Source: Felis catus (lineage: Eukaryota). From it: a DNA stretch of 64,000 nt. Below are positions 37,430 through 49,411 of this stretch, piece after piece. The position numbers and the translations under genes were made by a program. Below the pieces are notes generated by a model. It saw only the letters and a list, made by a program, of their open reading frames with translations. It was not told the DNA's origin and made no database searches. The stretch lies in contig NC_058368.1 of the NCBI RefSeq assembly GCF_018350175.1, positions 207,888,001-207,952,000 of the forward strand, written 5' to 3'. The stretch's first letter is position 1; every line of letters begins with the position of its first letter.

Positions 37430-38249
37430 ATAGTCCTTTGTAGAAAACTGTAAAGGTATATAAACATATAAAGAAGGAAATAGTAACTATTTGTTTATTT
37501 AAAAGGGAGGAAATCCTAACACTTCTTACTTATTATAGCAGCATAATTGGCAAGGAGCAAAATGTTGCCACTTACAACAATGGAAAGTTGGAAAGAACTC
37601 GCAGGTCTGACGTTATCTTTACCTCAGGCATCACTAGGCTGTGTGCAGGAACACACCCAGGCTTGTTTTCCACTGGGTCCTATCTGATGCCAGTCCCATG
37701 CTCTTCCCTCTTCCAAGTGGTGCCTGTAGGACAGAGGCTGCTTCCGTGTTATAACCACGTGCCATCTGAACACATGGCTCTCAGAGTGGCTGCGGTAGCA
37801 GAAGAGAGGGCGGGAGGATGGCATGGGTTGGCTTTAAGGTCAGGGCCGCTCTCACCCATATTCCGTTGGCTGGCTCTCAGTCACTGCGTCCCCACCAGCT
37901 GCGAGGGAGGCTGGGAAATGGAAGCATCCTGTGTGCCCAAGAAGAGAAAGCAGTAGCGGGAAGCCATGAAGACGTTGTCTGGGCACAGAAGGAACTTGGT
38001 TAATAAATTAGTGATATGCCTTTGGAAGGAAATATTCAGCCATTAAAAATCAGGTTTCGAAGAGTATTTAATGGCAGGAAATGTCAATGTTCAATGGCAA
38101 GAGCAAGATACAGAATCTTATTTTACTAATTTTGGAAAACATAACATTTATATCTATGTATGCTTATACAAACAAGAAGGAAGTACAAGATATGTTATTT
38201 GTAGTTACCATTAAAATGATAGGGTTATAAGTCTTTGTTTAATACTTTT

Positions 38250-38459
38250 TAAAATGTTTATTTGGAGAGACAGAGAGAGGGAGAAAGCAGGTGCATGGGG
38301 GGAGGGGCAGAGAGACAGAGGGAGAGAAAGAATCCCAAGCAGGCTCTACGCTGTCAGTGCAGAGCCCGACACAGGGCTCCATCTCATAAACTGCAGGATC
38401 ATGACTTGAGCCGAGATCAAGAGTCAGAGCTTAACCGACTGAGCTGCCCAGGTGCCCCC
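38250..38459 (-). mobile_element. SINEC
   Basis: Reverse-complement SINEC. Confidence 0.88.
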
Positions 38460-38916
38460 AATTTTTTATACTTTTGAAGAAATTGCTGATTTTCTTCAGT
38501 AATCATATATTTCTTTGAAAAGAAATATCTATAATCTTAAAAACAGGGCTTTTTTTTTTTTTAAGTGGAGAAGAAATCCTCAGAACATCTGAAACCAGAG
38601 CTGACACTTCAAATTCCTTTATAAATTGCTACAGACCATAAATTTGAAGTTATGCTACTAAGCTTTTTTTTTTTTTCTTTTCATCAGCAGAGGGCAGCTC
38701 TCTGCTTATTGCTTCTTTTTCCTCCCAGCATAGATCCTAGCCAAATCCCCAGTTTTACATGTTAACTGTGGTCAGAATCAGGTATTAGAAGCCAAGTCTG
38801 AAACCTATCCTTGCCAAGTGCAACACTTATGGCATACTGTACATGTTGCTGAACAGAGCGAAGAAGTAAACGGGGTCTGCCCTTTAGGTGGGTTTCATCT
38901 AAAGCAGACAGTGCTA

Positions 38917-39183
38917 GGGGCGCCTGGGTGGCTTGTCAGTTAAGCCTCTGACTTGGGCTCAGGTCATGATCTCATGGTGAGTTTGAGCCCTGCCTCTAGC
39001 TCTTTGCTGACATCTGGGAGCCTGGAACCTTCTCCAGATTCTGTGTCTCCCTCGCTCCCTGCCCCTCCCCAATTCGTGCCCCTTCTCTCTCTCTCTCCCT
39101 CCCTCTCTCTCTCTCTCTGCCCCTCCCCAGCTCATGCTCTCTCTGTATCTCTCAAAATCAATCAATAAACTTAAGAAAAAAAA
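38917..39183 (+). mobile_element. SINEC with duplicated CT-rich segment
   Basis: tgcccctcccca occurs twice. Confidence 0.88.
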
Positions 39184-39384
39184 GACAAAAGACAAAATAC
39201 AGATGCTCATTAACAAGAACATTTATGTGTATTTTTAATCCATTGTGTTGGAAAATTTTATGAGATTGATCATGTCCAATGTTAATGAGCGTATGGGTCA
39301 ACAGTTAATTCTTACATGCTGTTTGTAGGAGTTTAAGTTACTCAGCCTTTATATTATCAAAAATTTATTTTAAACATTTGTTTT

Positions 39385-39806
39385 CTTTTTTTAAATATTT
39401 ATATTTGAGAGAGAAGGGAGAGACAGAGCTTGAGCAGAGGAGGGGCAGAGAGATGGAGACAGAATCCAAAGCAGGCTCCAGGCTCTGAGCTGCATGGTAT
39501 CAGCAGAGATCCTGACGTGGGGCTTGAACCCATGAGCTGTGAGATCATGACCTGAGCCAAAGTCGGATGCTCGACTGACTAAGCCACCCAGGAGCCCCTA
39601 TATTTCAAAAATTTTAGTTGGTTAAGCATCTAACTTCAGCTCAGATCATGATCTCACGGTTCGTGAGTTCAAGCCCCAAGTCAGGCTCTGGGCTGACAGC
39701 TCAGAGCCTGGAGCCTGCTTCAGATTCTGCGTCTCCTTCCCTCTCTGCCCCTCCCCTGCTCACACTCTGTCTCTCTCTTTCTCCAAAATAAATAAACATT
39801 TTTAAA
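39385..39806. mobile_element. Head-to-head SINEC pair: 39385-39598 (-) and 39616-39806 (+, 5'-clipped)
   Basis: Opposite-orientation SINECs about 17 nt apart. Confidence 0.88.
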
Positions 39807-40085
39807 AATTTTTAATGCGTGTTTACTTTGGAGAAATTGGGCTTCTAAGAAGGCCCCTTTGCCTCAGGGTAACTCCCTCAGCAGAAATAAAGTGGATGGG
39901 TGAGCAAAGGTTCTGTCTTCCTGCTGTCCACTTTCGTAACCTACCCTGTAAAATACAAGTATCCTTCTCGATCCCTTAGCAGGCCTGGTAAGGTCCAAAG
40001 CGACTCAATAAATCTCTCAGCTCCTAGCAGGACAAGCCGCAGAGAGGAGAGAGACAGACGCAGAGACAGAGACAGAGAAAACCTA

Positions 40086-40104
40086 AAGAGCCCTCTAGTG
40101 GCCA
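40086..40104 (-). promoter_or_regulatory. Candidate CTCF site TGGCCACTAGAGGGCTCTT
   Basis: Close match to the CTCF core CCASYAGRKGGC. Confidence 0.5.
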
Positions 40105-43063
40105 CCAGGTTTTTAGAGAACAGGCTCCTTAAGGAATTAGTGTTGAGTCTTCCTTCCCCCCTTGGCACTGAAAGACAAGTCTGACATCACAGGGTGTCGA
40201 TGCTTGGCCACCCACTCCCCACCCCCAGGCTCTGATACTGGCCAGGAACAGCCCTCTGGCTCAGCTTTGCCATAAATGAAGTCTGGCTGTTCCCCAGGTG
40301 GTGCAGAATTTCTTTCCACCAGTGTGCCCATGCAGACAGCCCAGGAAACTGGCAAAATCCCCCAAAGTGCGGTCTTACGTAGCCCCTTCCTTAAAGCACA
40401 GGACACACAGGTAAAGCAATTCCCTGGAGCAACTTTCCAATAGCTTCCTCGAAAATGTGGAAATTTTAAACGACCGTGAAGTATTCAAGATGGCGCAAGT
40501 ACGGAAAAGGTTCCTCTGGTAGGAAAGAATAGGGGGCCCAGGAGAGCACCTCCCATACTGCAGAGTGCCTCTTGAATGCCAGTGATCAGGATCGCCACGT
40601 GAGCGGGTGGGATGTGCTGGGCTACCCGCAACTCTAAGGCACCTCTGTGCTCATCAGCAAAAAGTGGGTGCAGGACCTGGCAGACAGACAGAGCCTTTGT
40701 GCGAAGCCAGAAATGCCCTCTCCTCAGGCACATGTACCTGCATGCGGAGAGACACCAGTTGGTGAGAGAAGGGGACTTGAGTTTAGTTTCCACGCACTCC
40801 ACGCTGTTGGCTGGACCCCTTGGCGCAACGCACCAACCTCACAACGTGTCAGCAGCCTTGAGTTTTCGCAATGCCAAACGCACCGACCGAGCCAAGGGGA
40901 AGAGTGAGGGCTGAAATCGAGCCTTATTCTGCTGACCAAGCCAAACAGTCCTGGTGGTGGGGGGGGGTGTCACTCTTCTGTAATAAGCACAAATGTGCCT
41001 TATGTGTTAGTGGCCCTGGGTCTGTGTTGTATCATCCTCTAATGACACTGTAAGGTAGGCAGAGAGGGGTTCACCGTGAAGCTGACGGCACAGACTTTTC
41101 CAAGATCCAGGGAGAGATTTAAGCACCGGTTCAAATGGTCCTATTTTGTCCTAAAGTATGCAAAAGTAAGATAATTTGACTATATTCCCTTAAAGCTATT
41201 ATCATAGCCACTTTGGGAGATTGGTACAATCATAATCCCTATTTTGTAAGAGACGCAAACATTACATCGTACATTGTAAGAGACGCAAGTGTTACTATTA
41301 AGCAATTGTTGCAAGCTGAATGGTACCAATGCCAGAAGATCATGGGGAATATGTATATTGTTTCCAAGGAGACGAAGCTTCCAGAAGAATCCTACCAAGT
41401 ACTCTTCATTCTTGCCCCCAAATCTCCAAATGTCATAACAGATGAGACACATCTTGAAGATTATGTTTTAGTCAGAGGAGACTGATAAGAGGCAGAGAAC
41501 AAATCATGGAGGTCAGACCGGAAGACACAGTGGGCACGGTGAAGTCAGTCCTGCACATCATGTGGCAGCTGGACCACACAGCCATTGTCACCAAGGAGAG
41601 CGATGTGTCTCATAGCCATTGTATTATGTCAGGTACAGTCTAAAACAAATTGCTGTGGTTTACTTAAAACCGAAATTTATCTCCTTCTCATCCAACAGCC
41701 TAGAGGTGAGTGGTCTGGGTAGGTGGGGAAGCTCAGACATGCTAAATACACGGCTTCCAGGAACATTCCAGCCAACACCTTTCTCCACCAGAAGGAAGGG
41801 GGAGCGAGACTCCCTTTGGTTCAGACATAATCGCCTTTCTGGTAGCTCCGTGAGAAGCCAAGAAATTAGTGTCTTTTTAGGCTCAGGCAGAACATGGAGT
41901 GTTTTTGTTTGTTTGCTTTTTTTTTTTTTTAAGGGAGGATGGGAAGATGGGTATCAGGAGGTCATTGGTTGTGTGTACAAATGCTGTGAGGCAATGGCTT
42001 GACTTGGAAGACTGAGACCTGAGATCTGTGGCACAATGTGGGAATTAATATGAATTTTAGGACAAAGAAAGCAAGCAAGAGAGAAGGACCCTGCCAGGAA
42101 GTAATGAGATGCAGGCTGTGGAGGGCAGAGAACGAGTGGAGCACAGGTCTACACTGACAGCAGTTTCACGGACCTTTCCCACAGCTGTGGGCTGTGATAA
42201 TTTGACAACGAGAAAACGCACAGGGAATTGGAGAGTCACATCTCTTGACTCACAAGAAGACTTGGGAGACCCAAGAAGATCCCTGATTCAGGGAACAGGG
42301 AGAGGACAAATTCTTTTTTTTTTTTTTTTTTAATGGCAAAGAAAGATAAATTAAGACTCTTTCTAGTTAGTTCAGGGCAGACCAAGGTTACTAATCCCTT
42401 AGTGAGGAATGATTCACTGTTACACAAGAACACATGGATGGTAACCACATCCTTCCCCTCCCCTTCCCAACCGAAGTTCTGGAAAGAGGACTATTTTAGG
42501 ACTCATTGTTTCTACCTTATCTTTTCCAGTGTCTCTAAGGACACTGTCGTTGCCCAATTCAGTAGATTCTTTACATTTCTACATGGTTTTCTGTATCATT
42601 TAATCTAAGTGATCAACTATTCACTTCTTCATATACTGTCTTGTCACAATTTCTCTGACACCAGGCTCTCCCAGTTCTCTCTAGCTTCATCTTTTCATTC
42701 TCCTCCCTAAACACCCCCTCCTCTCGGTGGTATATTGGAGTACTGTGACTCACCCAAGTCCCACTGAAGCCTCCTTCTAGGTCATAAAGGCTGGAAAAGC
42801 TAAAAAGTTACGTATCCCAAACTTCCTTGCAGCTAGGGTTCCAGACATGGTTTAGGTGCTGTCAATCGGATGGACTCACGTGAAAACACGGGGAGGGACA
42901 GAGGGAATCGAGAAGCTTGGAGAAGAACCTAATCAAGGTATTGATTGGATTCTTAAGAAAGTCTGTAACTCTAAAGTTGGTGAAGAGTCACTGCTACCTA
43001 CAGTCTGTCTAGAAAACCCATCTCCTCCCGTGGTTCCGTTTCCTTGCATATTTAGATGATTTC

Positions 43064-43500
43064 TGTGTTAGCCAGCTACTGATGCAATAATGCTGCATTA
43101 AAAAAAAACAACAAAACACCAAAAGTTCAGTGGCTTGCAACAATTAGCTTTTATATTTTTTTGCTCACAGGTCTGTGTATCATTCAGGGTAGCTCTGCTC
43201 CAGGCTGCTGGTCCCCTGGGCTTGGCTTCAGGCTTCAGTGGGGTTCAGGCGTGCTCTGTGTGACCTCACAGTCTCCTTGATCAGCAGCTACCCAGGGCCT
43301 GTTCTTCCCACAACAGACCTTGGAAGCCCGAGAGAGAAGCCAAATACACAAGTACATTTAAAGCTGCTCTCAATCATGTCTTGCTCACATTTTGTTGGCC
43401 CGAACGAGATCCGTGGTCAAGCCCAAAGCCAGTGAGGGTAGGGAAGTATACTTGATTTCCAGGGGGAGGAGGAAGAGGGGGATTAATATTTTCTAAAAAT
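43064..43500 (-). mobile_element. Old MLT1 (MaLR) LTR
   Basis: caaaagttcagtggcttgcaacaa...gctcacaggtctgtg...ttggccc...caagcccaaagccagtg. Confidence 0.6.
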
Positions 43501-43834
43501 TAATCAAACGTATTCCGCCTTCCATTGGAAGTCTCGAGGCTGGACTTTCTCTTGGGCTCCGGATGCTGGTTGCCAGGCATCGCCCGTGCTGGTGCTGCTT
43601 CCAAGGCTGCCTGCAAAGATGCGCGTGGATGGCCCGCGTATTGTGTAATACCTGCCAGTTTCGCAGACTAAAGAGACGGACTTGACTTCTGCAGAGAAAG
43701 GGCGTTCTTGAGAGAGACTGGGCTCCCATGTGTGTGACTGAAGATTGCTTTAAATATTGACAGAAATGTAACAGTGAAAGGCTTCCTGCTGTAGCCTCTA
43801 TCTAATTGTTAAGGTTTTCTCTCTCTCTCTCTCT

Positions 43835-44023
43835 TTAAGGTTTTTTTATTTTTGAGAGTGCAAGCAGGGGAGGGGGAGAGAGAGGGAGACAGAGGATCCG
43901 AAGCAGGCTCCACGCTGACGGGCTGAGGGCAGCAAGCCTGATGCGAGGCTTGAACTCACGAACCGCGAGATCGTGACCTGAACCTAAGTCGGTAGCTCAA
44001 CTGACTGAGCCACCCGGCACCCC
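43835..44023 (-). mobile_element. SINEC
   Basis: Reverse-complement SINEC. Confidence 0.85.
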
Positions 44024-44512
44024 TCGGGTTGTTTTTTTTTTTTCTCACATTTCCCTCTCTTGAACCTTCTACTCAAACTACAACAAACAAAAACAAACCC
44101 CATTAGCAAGAAGGAAAGGTCTTGGGTGAATCCTAATGTTCTGTTGGAAAGACAAATTCATTATCTTTTGTCGTTAAAAAAGATGTAAAGCCAACAAACA
44201 GCCTGGAGTTACTTTTATTGTATTACTAAGTTTTCAAATAAGTTACATTGAATTTTTAAATATTGAACTATCATTTAAGTCAAATGTTAAACTATCAACA
44301 TCTTGATGAAATGTTCATCTGGAAATGCATCTGATTTTGAGCACTTTTTTCCCCCCCGCAAAGAGGAGATTTAGGAGGTTCAGAAGCCTCCCACCAACCT
44401 TGACCAGGGCTTCTGCTAAAATATATAATTGCTTCAAGACAAAACCATGAAACCTTTAGACAAAGCTTTTTTTTTTTTTTTGAATAATCTGTTAAAAAAT
44501 AGATGTATTCCC

Positions 44513-44696
44513 GGGGCGCCTGGGTGGCGCAGTCGGTTAAGCGTCTGACTTCAGCCAGGTCACGATCTCGCGGTCCGTGAGTTCGAGCCCCGCGTTGGGC
44601 TCTGCGCTGATGGCTCGGAGCCTGGAGCCTGTTTCCGATTCTGTGTCTCCCTCTCTCTCTGGCCCTCCCCCGTTCATGCTCTGTCTCTCTCTGTCC

Positions 44697-44753
<57 letters not shown>
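44513..44753 (+). mobile_element. Very young SINEC_Fc with 56-nt pure poly(A) run and TSD aaaaaatagatgtattccc
   Basis: A-run 44698-44753; TSD at 44494-44512 and 44748-44766. Confidence 0.95.
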
Positions 44754-44755
<2 letters not shown>

Positions 44756-46217
44756 GATGTATTCCCTTTTGCACAATGACTTCTTCCAAATCAGTCTTGC
44801 CACTTAAACGGAGCCAAGAAAACATGTGCCTCAGAGGTGAAAGCAGTCCATGCCTAAGAAAGCTGATCGTGGAAGATCCACATGACCGGACTTACTGGGA
44901 GCCACGGGTACATATACATATACGTAGGTTAAAGACCCCTTAATATGCACCCACGTTTTGTTTCTTTACCTTTTCAAGGGTTTGATGTATCATCCACCAG
45001 AAGGATGAATTTAATTCAATCCTCTGGAAACTAGGACCATCAAAACCACCACACTCCCTACCCTCTCACCCTAGGGGCTTTAATCTTTTTTTCTTTTTGA
45101 ATTTGTATTATGAAAAATTTCAAACCTATGCAGAAGTAAGGAAAGGCAGCATAAGGAGTCCCACGTAATCATCCCTCAGCTTCAGCAATGATCTATTCCT
45201 GGCCAGTGTTACACCATGTGTATGATTATCTGCTTTCTTTCATTCAACGGGACGATTTTGAAGCACATTGGAAACATCCCATCACTTCATCTGTAAAGAT
45301 CTCACCTCTAAAAGATAGGGATAGTTAAAAAAAAAAATCCAGTATCATTATCAGGACCAATATTACATATTAAATGAATGTAAGGTAAAATTTTCTATTA
45401 AAGAGAAAATTCAGTTGTTTTTTTGGCAAGACACTGTTTACAACTGTTTCAATCAACTACAATAAATAGTCCTCTCTGTGTGTCAGAATGTGTAAACCAC
45501 AGAGGCATTAATCTGTGAAACCTGTCACTGAACCTGTCACTTTAGCTACTCACTTTAATTGGAACAGTTTGGTTCTGTATATTTTAAATAAATTAAAAAC
45601 AAGAGATTTTCACATTCTGTTCAGCTGCCAGCTTGTTAAATGCTGCCAGTTACTGCTCTTGAATACTTTCCTGGAGAATTAACCGTCTTGACAAAATTAT
45701 GTTTTTCTTAGCGTCTTAGTCAAAATTCCCTTTGAACCTCATATTTTCCTGCAAATCAACTTCCTTTTTCACTTGTAGAGTAAGAAACATTTGCAAAGTG
45801 GTTTCACTAGCTGGCATCGGTTGCCATAGTAGTCTGTCATTGCCTCTCTGACAAGTGTCCAATGTTTAATATCTAAGACATTTAATATCGTACCCAAGTG
45901 GCTTATTGAAAATGAAAGGGTGGTGTTTGTGGAGTGTATAGTTGGAGAGGTTCAGGGTGATAAATAGCACTTCCATTTCAGCCAAAAGCATTGGTGGCTT
46001 GCTCACTAGTTCAATGAACCACCAACACCGCAAATTTTCACTGCCATGTGATACTTTTTTCTTGCTTTTCCTTACAGTTATTTGACCCTTTTTGCAATAT
46101 CCTCTCAGAAACTAAGAAGTAGGTATGTGCCTGCTCAATGAAGAAATATGTCTTTCTGAATCATTTCCATCTTGCCTGGCTACTCTAAATGCCTTTTGCT
46201 CTATTTAATTCTTTTTT

Positions 46218-46535
46218 TGTGGTCCCTTCAGGCTGTTATGAAAGAATACCATAGACTGTGTTAAACAACAGAAATTTATTTCTCACATTTCTGGAGCCTG
46301 GGAAGTTCAGGATCGAGGTGCTGGTAGTTTCAGTGTCTAGTAGGAGTTGGTTCCTGGTTCATAGATGGCTGTATCCGCACCAAAACCTCACATGACAGAA
46401 GGGACAAGGGGGCTCTCTGGGGGCATCTTTTATAAGGGCACTAATCTCACTGACAAGGCTCTACTCTCATGACTCAAGCACCTCCCAAAGGTCCCACCTC
46501 CTAGTACCATCACATTGGGAATTAGGTTTCAAAGT
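46218..46535 (-). mobile_element. MLT1A-like MaLR LTR
   Basis: taccatagactg...aaacaacagaaatttatttctcaca...cacctcccaaagg...accatcacattggg. Confidence 0.8.
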
Positions 46536-47406
46536 CTGAGGATTCAATGGTAATAACGTATCAAGGTTAGTGTCTGGACTTTGATGGTTGTATCTGTTTA
46601 CATGGGAAAATGCCCTTGTTTATAGGAAACACACTAAAGAATTCTGTGGTATGGGGGCTTTAGGTGGGCCATTTACTTTCAAATGGCTCAGGAAGAAAAT
46701 GTTCTTTTTTCTGTACATACAAATTTTCTGTTAAGTTTGTCATTGTTTGAAATTTTTTTCAAATTATGAACATTAATCCCTGTCTCACCCTAAACTGTAT
46801 TGTGCACAGTAGGTGGTTTGTAAACAGCTCTTTGGTGAACACTGGCCTGGATGGGCTCAGAGGAAGCCATGGGAAGATTGTCTTTGAATTTTGTCTCTTT
46901 GCAGATCTAGTGAACTCGTTCACTGGAAGAACTAGTTCCTCATTCTCTGGATTCCAGTTGGGCTCAGCCAATGGGAGACCCTGGCTGGAGATGGGATTGG
47001 GGATCTTTAATCTGGTCCTGGGTTGAAGTGGCTGTGAGCTTCCATCAAGGGCCATTGCTCATGCTGGATAGCCCTCACTAGCAGCTATCTCTAGATTCTA
47101 GTTGTTTCTCTCCATCCTTTTGCCCTTCCCAATTTACTGGTGCTGTTGTTAGTCCCTAGATGCTTTATCATTCCATGTCATTTCCTTTTACCTTGTGCAT
47201 GCCTTTTTGAATAATTTATTCATGACACTCCTTTCAAGTTACCAATGTATTTTCTAATGTTCAAGTACATTAAGTATCTCTGGGAGGATACACACAAAAC
47301 AAATTATGGTTTCTATGGACTAGGAAACTGGGTGGGAAAAAATCTTTAATTGTATACTCTTAGAACTCTGACTTTGAATGATGTAGACGCATTAGCTACA
47401 TTTATA

Positions 47407-48155
47407 TAGTTGACCTTTGAACAACCCCCCAACATAGACATATATGACCCCTGTATATAACTTTTGACTAACTCAGAATTTAATTACTAAGAGCCTACTG
47501 TTGACCAGAAGCCTTATTAACAGCAGTCAATTGTATGTTATATGTATTATATACTGTATTCTTACAATAAAGTAAGCTAGAGAAGAAAATGTTAGTAAGA
47601 AAATTATAGGGGTGCCTGGGTGGCTCAGTTGGTTGAGCAACCGACTTCGGCTCGGGTTGTGATCTCACGGTCCGTGAGTTCAAGCCCCGCGTCAGGCTCT
47701 GTGCTGACAGCTCAGAGACTGGAGCCTGCTTTGGGTTTTGTGTCTCCCTCTGTCTCTGCCCCTCCCCTACTCGTGCTCTGTCTCTCTCCCTCTCTCAAAA
47801 AATAAATAAACATTGGGGCGCCTGGGTGGCGCAGTCGGTTAAGCGTCCGACTTCAGCCAGGTCACGATCTCGCGGTCTGTGAGTTCGAGCCCCGCGTCGG
47901 GCTCTGGGCTGATGGCTCAGAACCTGGAGCCTGTTTCCGGTTCTGTGTTTCCCTCTCTCTCTGCCCCTCCCCCATTCATGCTCTGTCTCTCTCTGTCCCA
48001 AAAATAAATAAACGTTGAAAAAAAAATTTTTTTAATAAATAAATAAATAAATAAACATTAAAAAGAATTTAAAAAAAGTATGTATTGTACTATATTTATC
48101 AAAAAATCTGACATAAGTGGGCCTGCACCATTCAAAGTCATGCTCCTCAAGGCGC
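47407..48155 (-). mobile_element. Tigger2a-like DNA transposon interrupted by two nested SINECs
   Basis: Homologous in reverse to 24015-24320 (gcctactgttgacc, ttacaataaagtaagctagagaa). Confidence 0.65.
47609..48075 (+). mobile_element. SINEC (47609-) with a young SINEC_Fc (47815-about 48045) inserted in its A-tail
   Basis: aataaataaacatt duplicated around the second element. Confidence 0.9.
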
Positions 48156-49189
48156 TATACATATATATGTGTGTATAACATGCATATAACATATACAAAT
48201 ATATATACACAAACCATAAGATACTAAATGTCTCATACCACTATATGTCTGTGTATTTATCCTAATATGAAAACTGGTACTTTGGCTCTTCTTTAGCCTT
48301 TCATGCTTTTCATAGGATCACCAAGACCTATATTTCAGGAGGGAATTTAAGATTTTTCGCTAATATCAATGATAATGAAATAGAGACTTCCTTGAGGGAT
48401 GAAAATGTTTGAAATTAGACAGCTAAGCTTAAACCTTTAAATAAGAGTGAACTTGACTTTAAAAAATAATTGGTGCCTCACATAACCTAAACTGATATTT
48501 GGCTATGGCATTGAAATCAATTTCTTATCCTGAGGACACGTTTAACTTATACGTTGAGGTCTCTGTTCAAGACTCCTTCAGCATGGATGCCTAAGCAGAT
48601 AGAGAACTATGAAAGGGAGAAGAGATTGTGGCAAAGACAAAGGCTTAGGAAAGGAGGAGGCATTATTAGGTCCACTGCCTTCCCGAATCAGCCTAGGACA
48701 AAGGTAAAATAAGCCGTTGCTCAGGCAAGCACGCTGTCAAAACCTCGACCTCCCTGCACTGTCGCTAAGGAGACTACTGAAGGGTGTGACCCACCAAAAC
48801 AGGGAAGTAAACCAGTGAAGAGATCCAATGAAAGACAGATGTGAAGGAAACCATGGGAGAGGAGACTCCAAGAAAAAAGAAGACAGCACTAGAAGTCAAT
48901 CCATTCAGGTAACTGCAGTCCAGAGGCTCTAGAAAAGACATCTTCAGGAAGATGAAATTGATGGCATGTTAATTTCTTTGAATTTATCAAGAGGAGATAT
49001 ATCAAGATGGGAAGCATTTGGAAATAAATGAATAATATATAACAGAAAATTGAGCAAATGGAAAAGCAAGACATACTAACTTTAGGGAAATAAAGTGTGA
49101 GTGGAAAAAGCAATCATGTTCTGTTACAGTGCTAAGCTTTATTTTTCCTTTATGTATAATCATAGTAATATGTTTACTGAGTGTTGATT

Positions 49190-49411
49190 CTTTTTTTTTT
49201 TTTTTAATGATTTATTATTTATTTTTGAGACAGAGAGAGACAGAGCATGAACGGGGGAGGGGCAGAGAGAGAGGGAGACACAGAATCCGAAACAGGCTCC
49301 AGGCTCCCAGCCATCAGCGCAGAGCCTGACGCGGGGCTTGAACTCCCAGACCGCGAGATCGTGACCTGGCTGAAGTCGGACGCTTAACCGACTGCACCAC
49401 CCAGGCGCCCC
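49190..49411 (-). mobile_element. Young SINEC_Fc with TSD tgagtgttgattct
   Basis: TSD on both sides. Confidence 0.93.
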
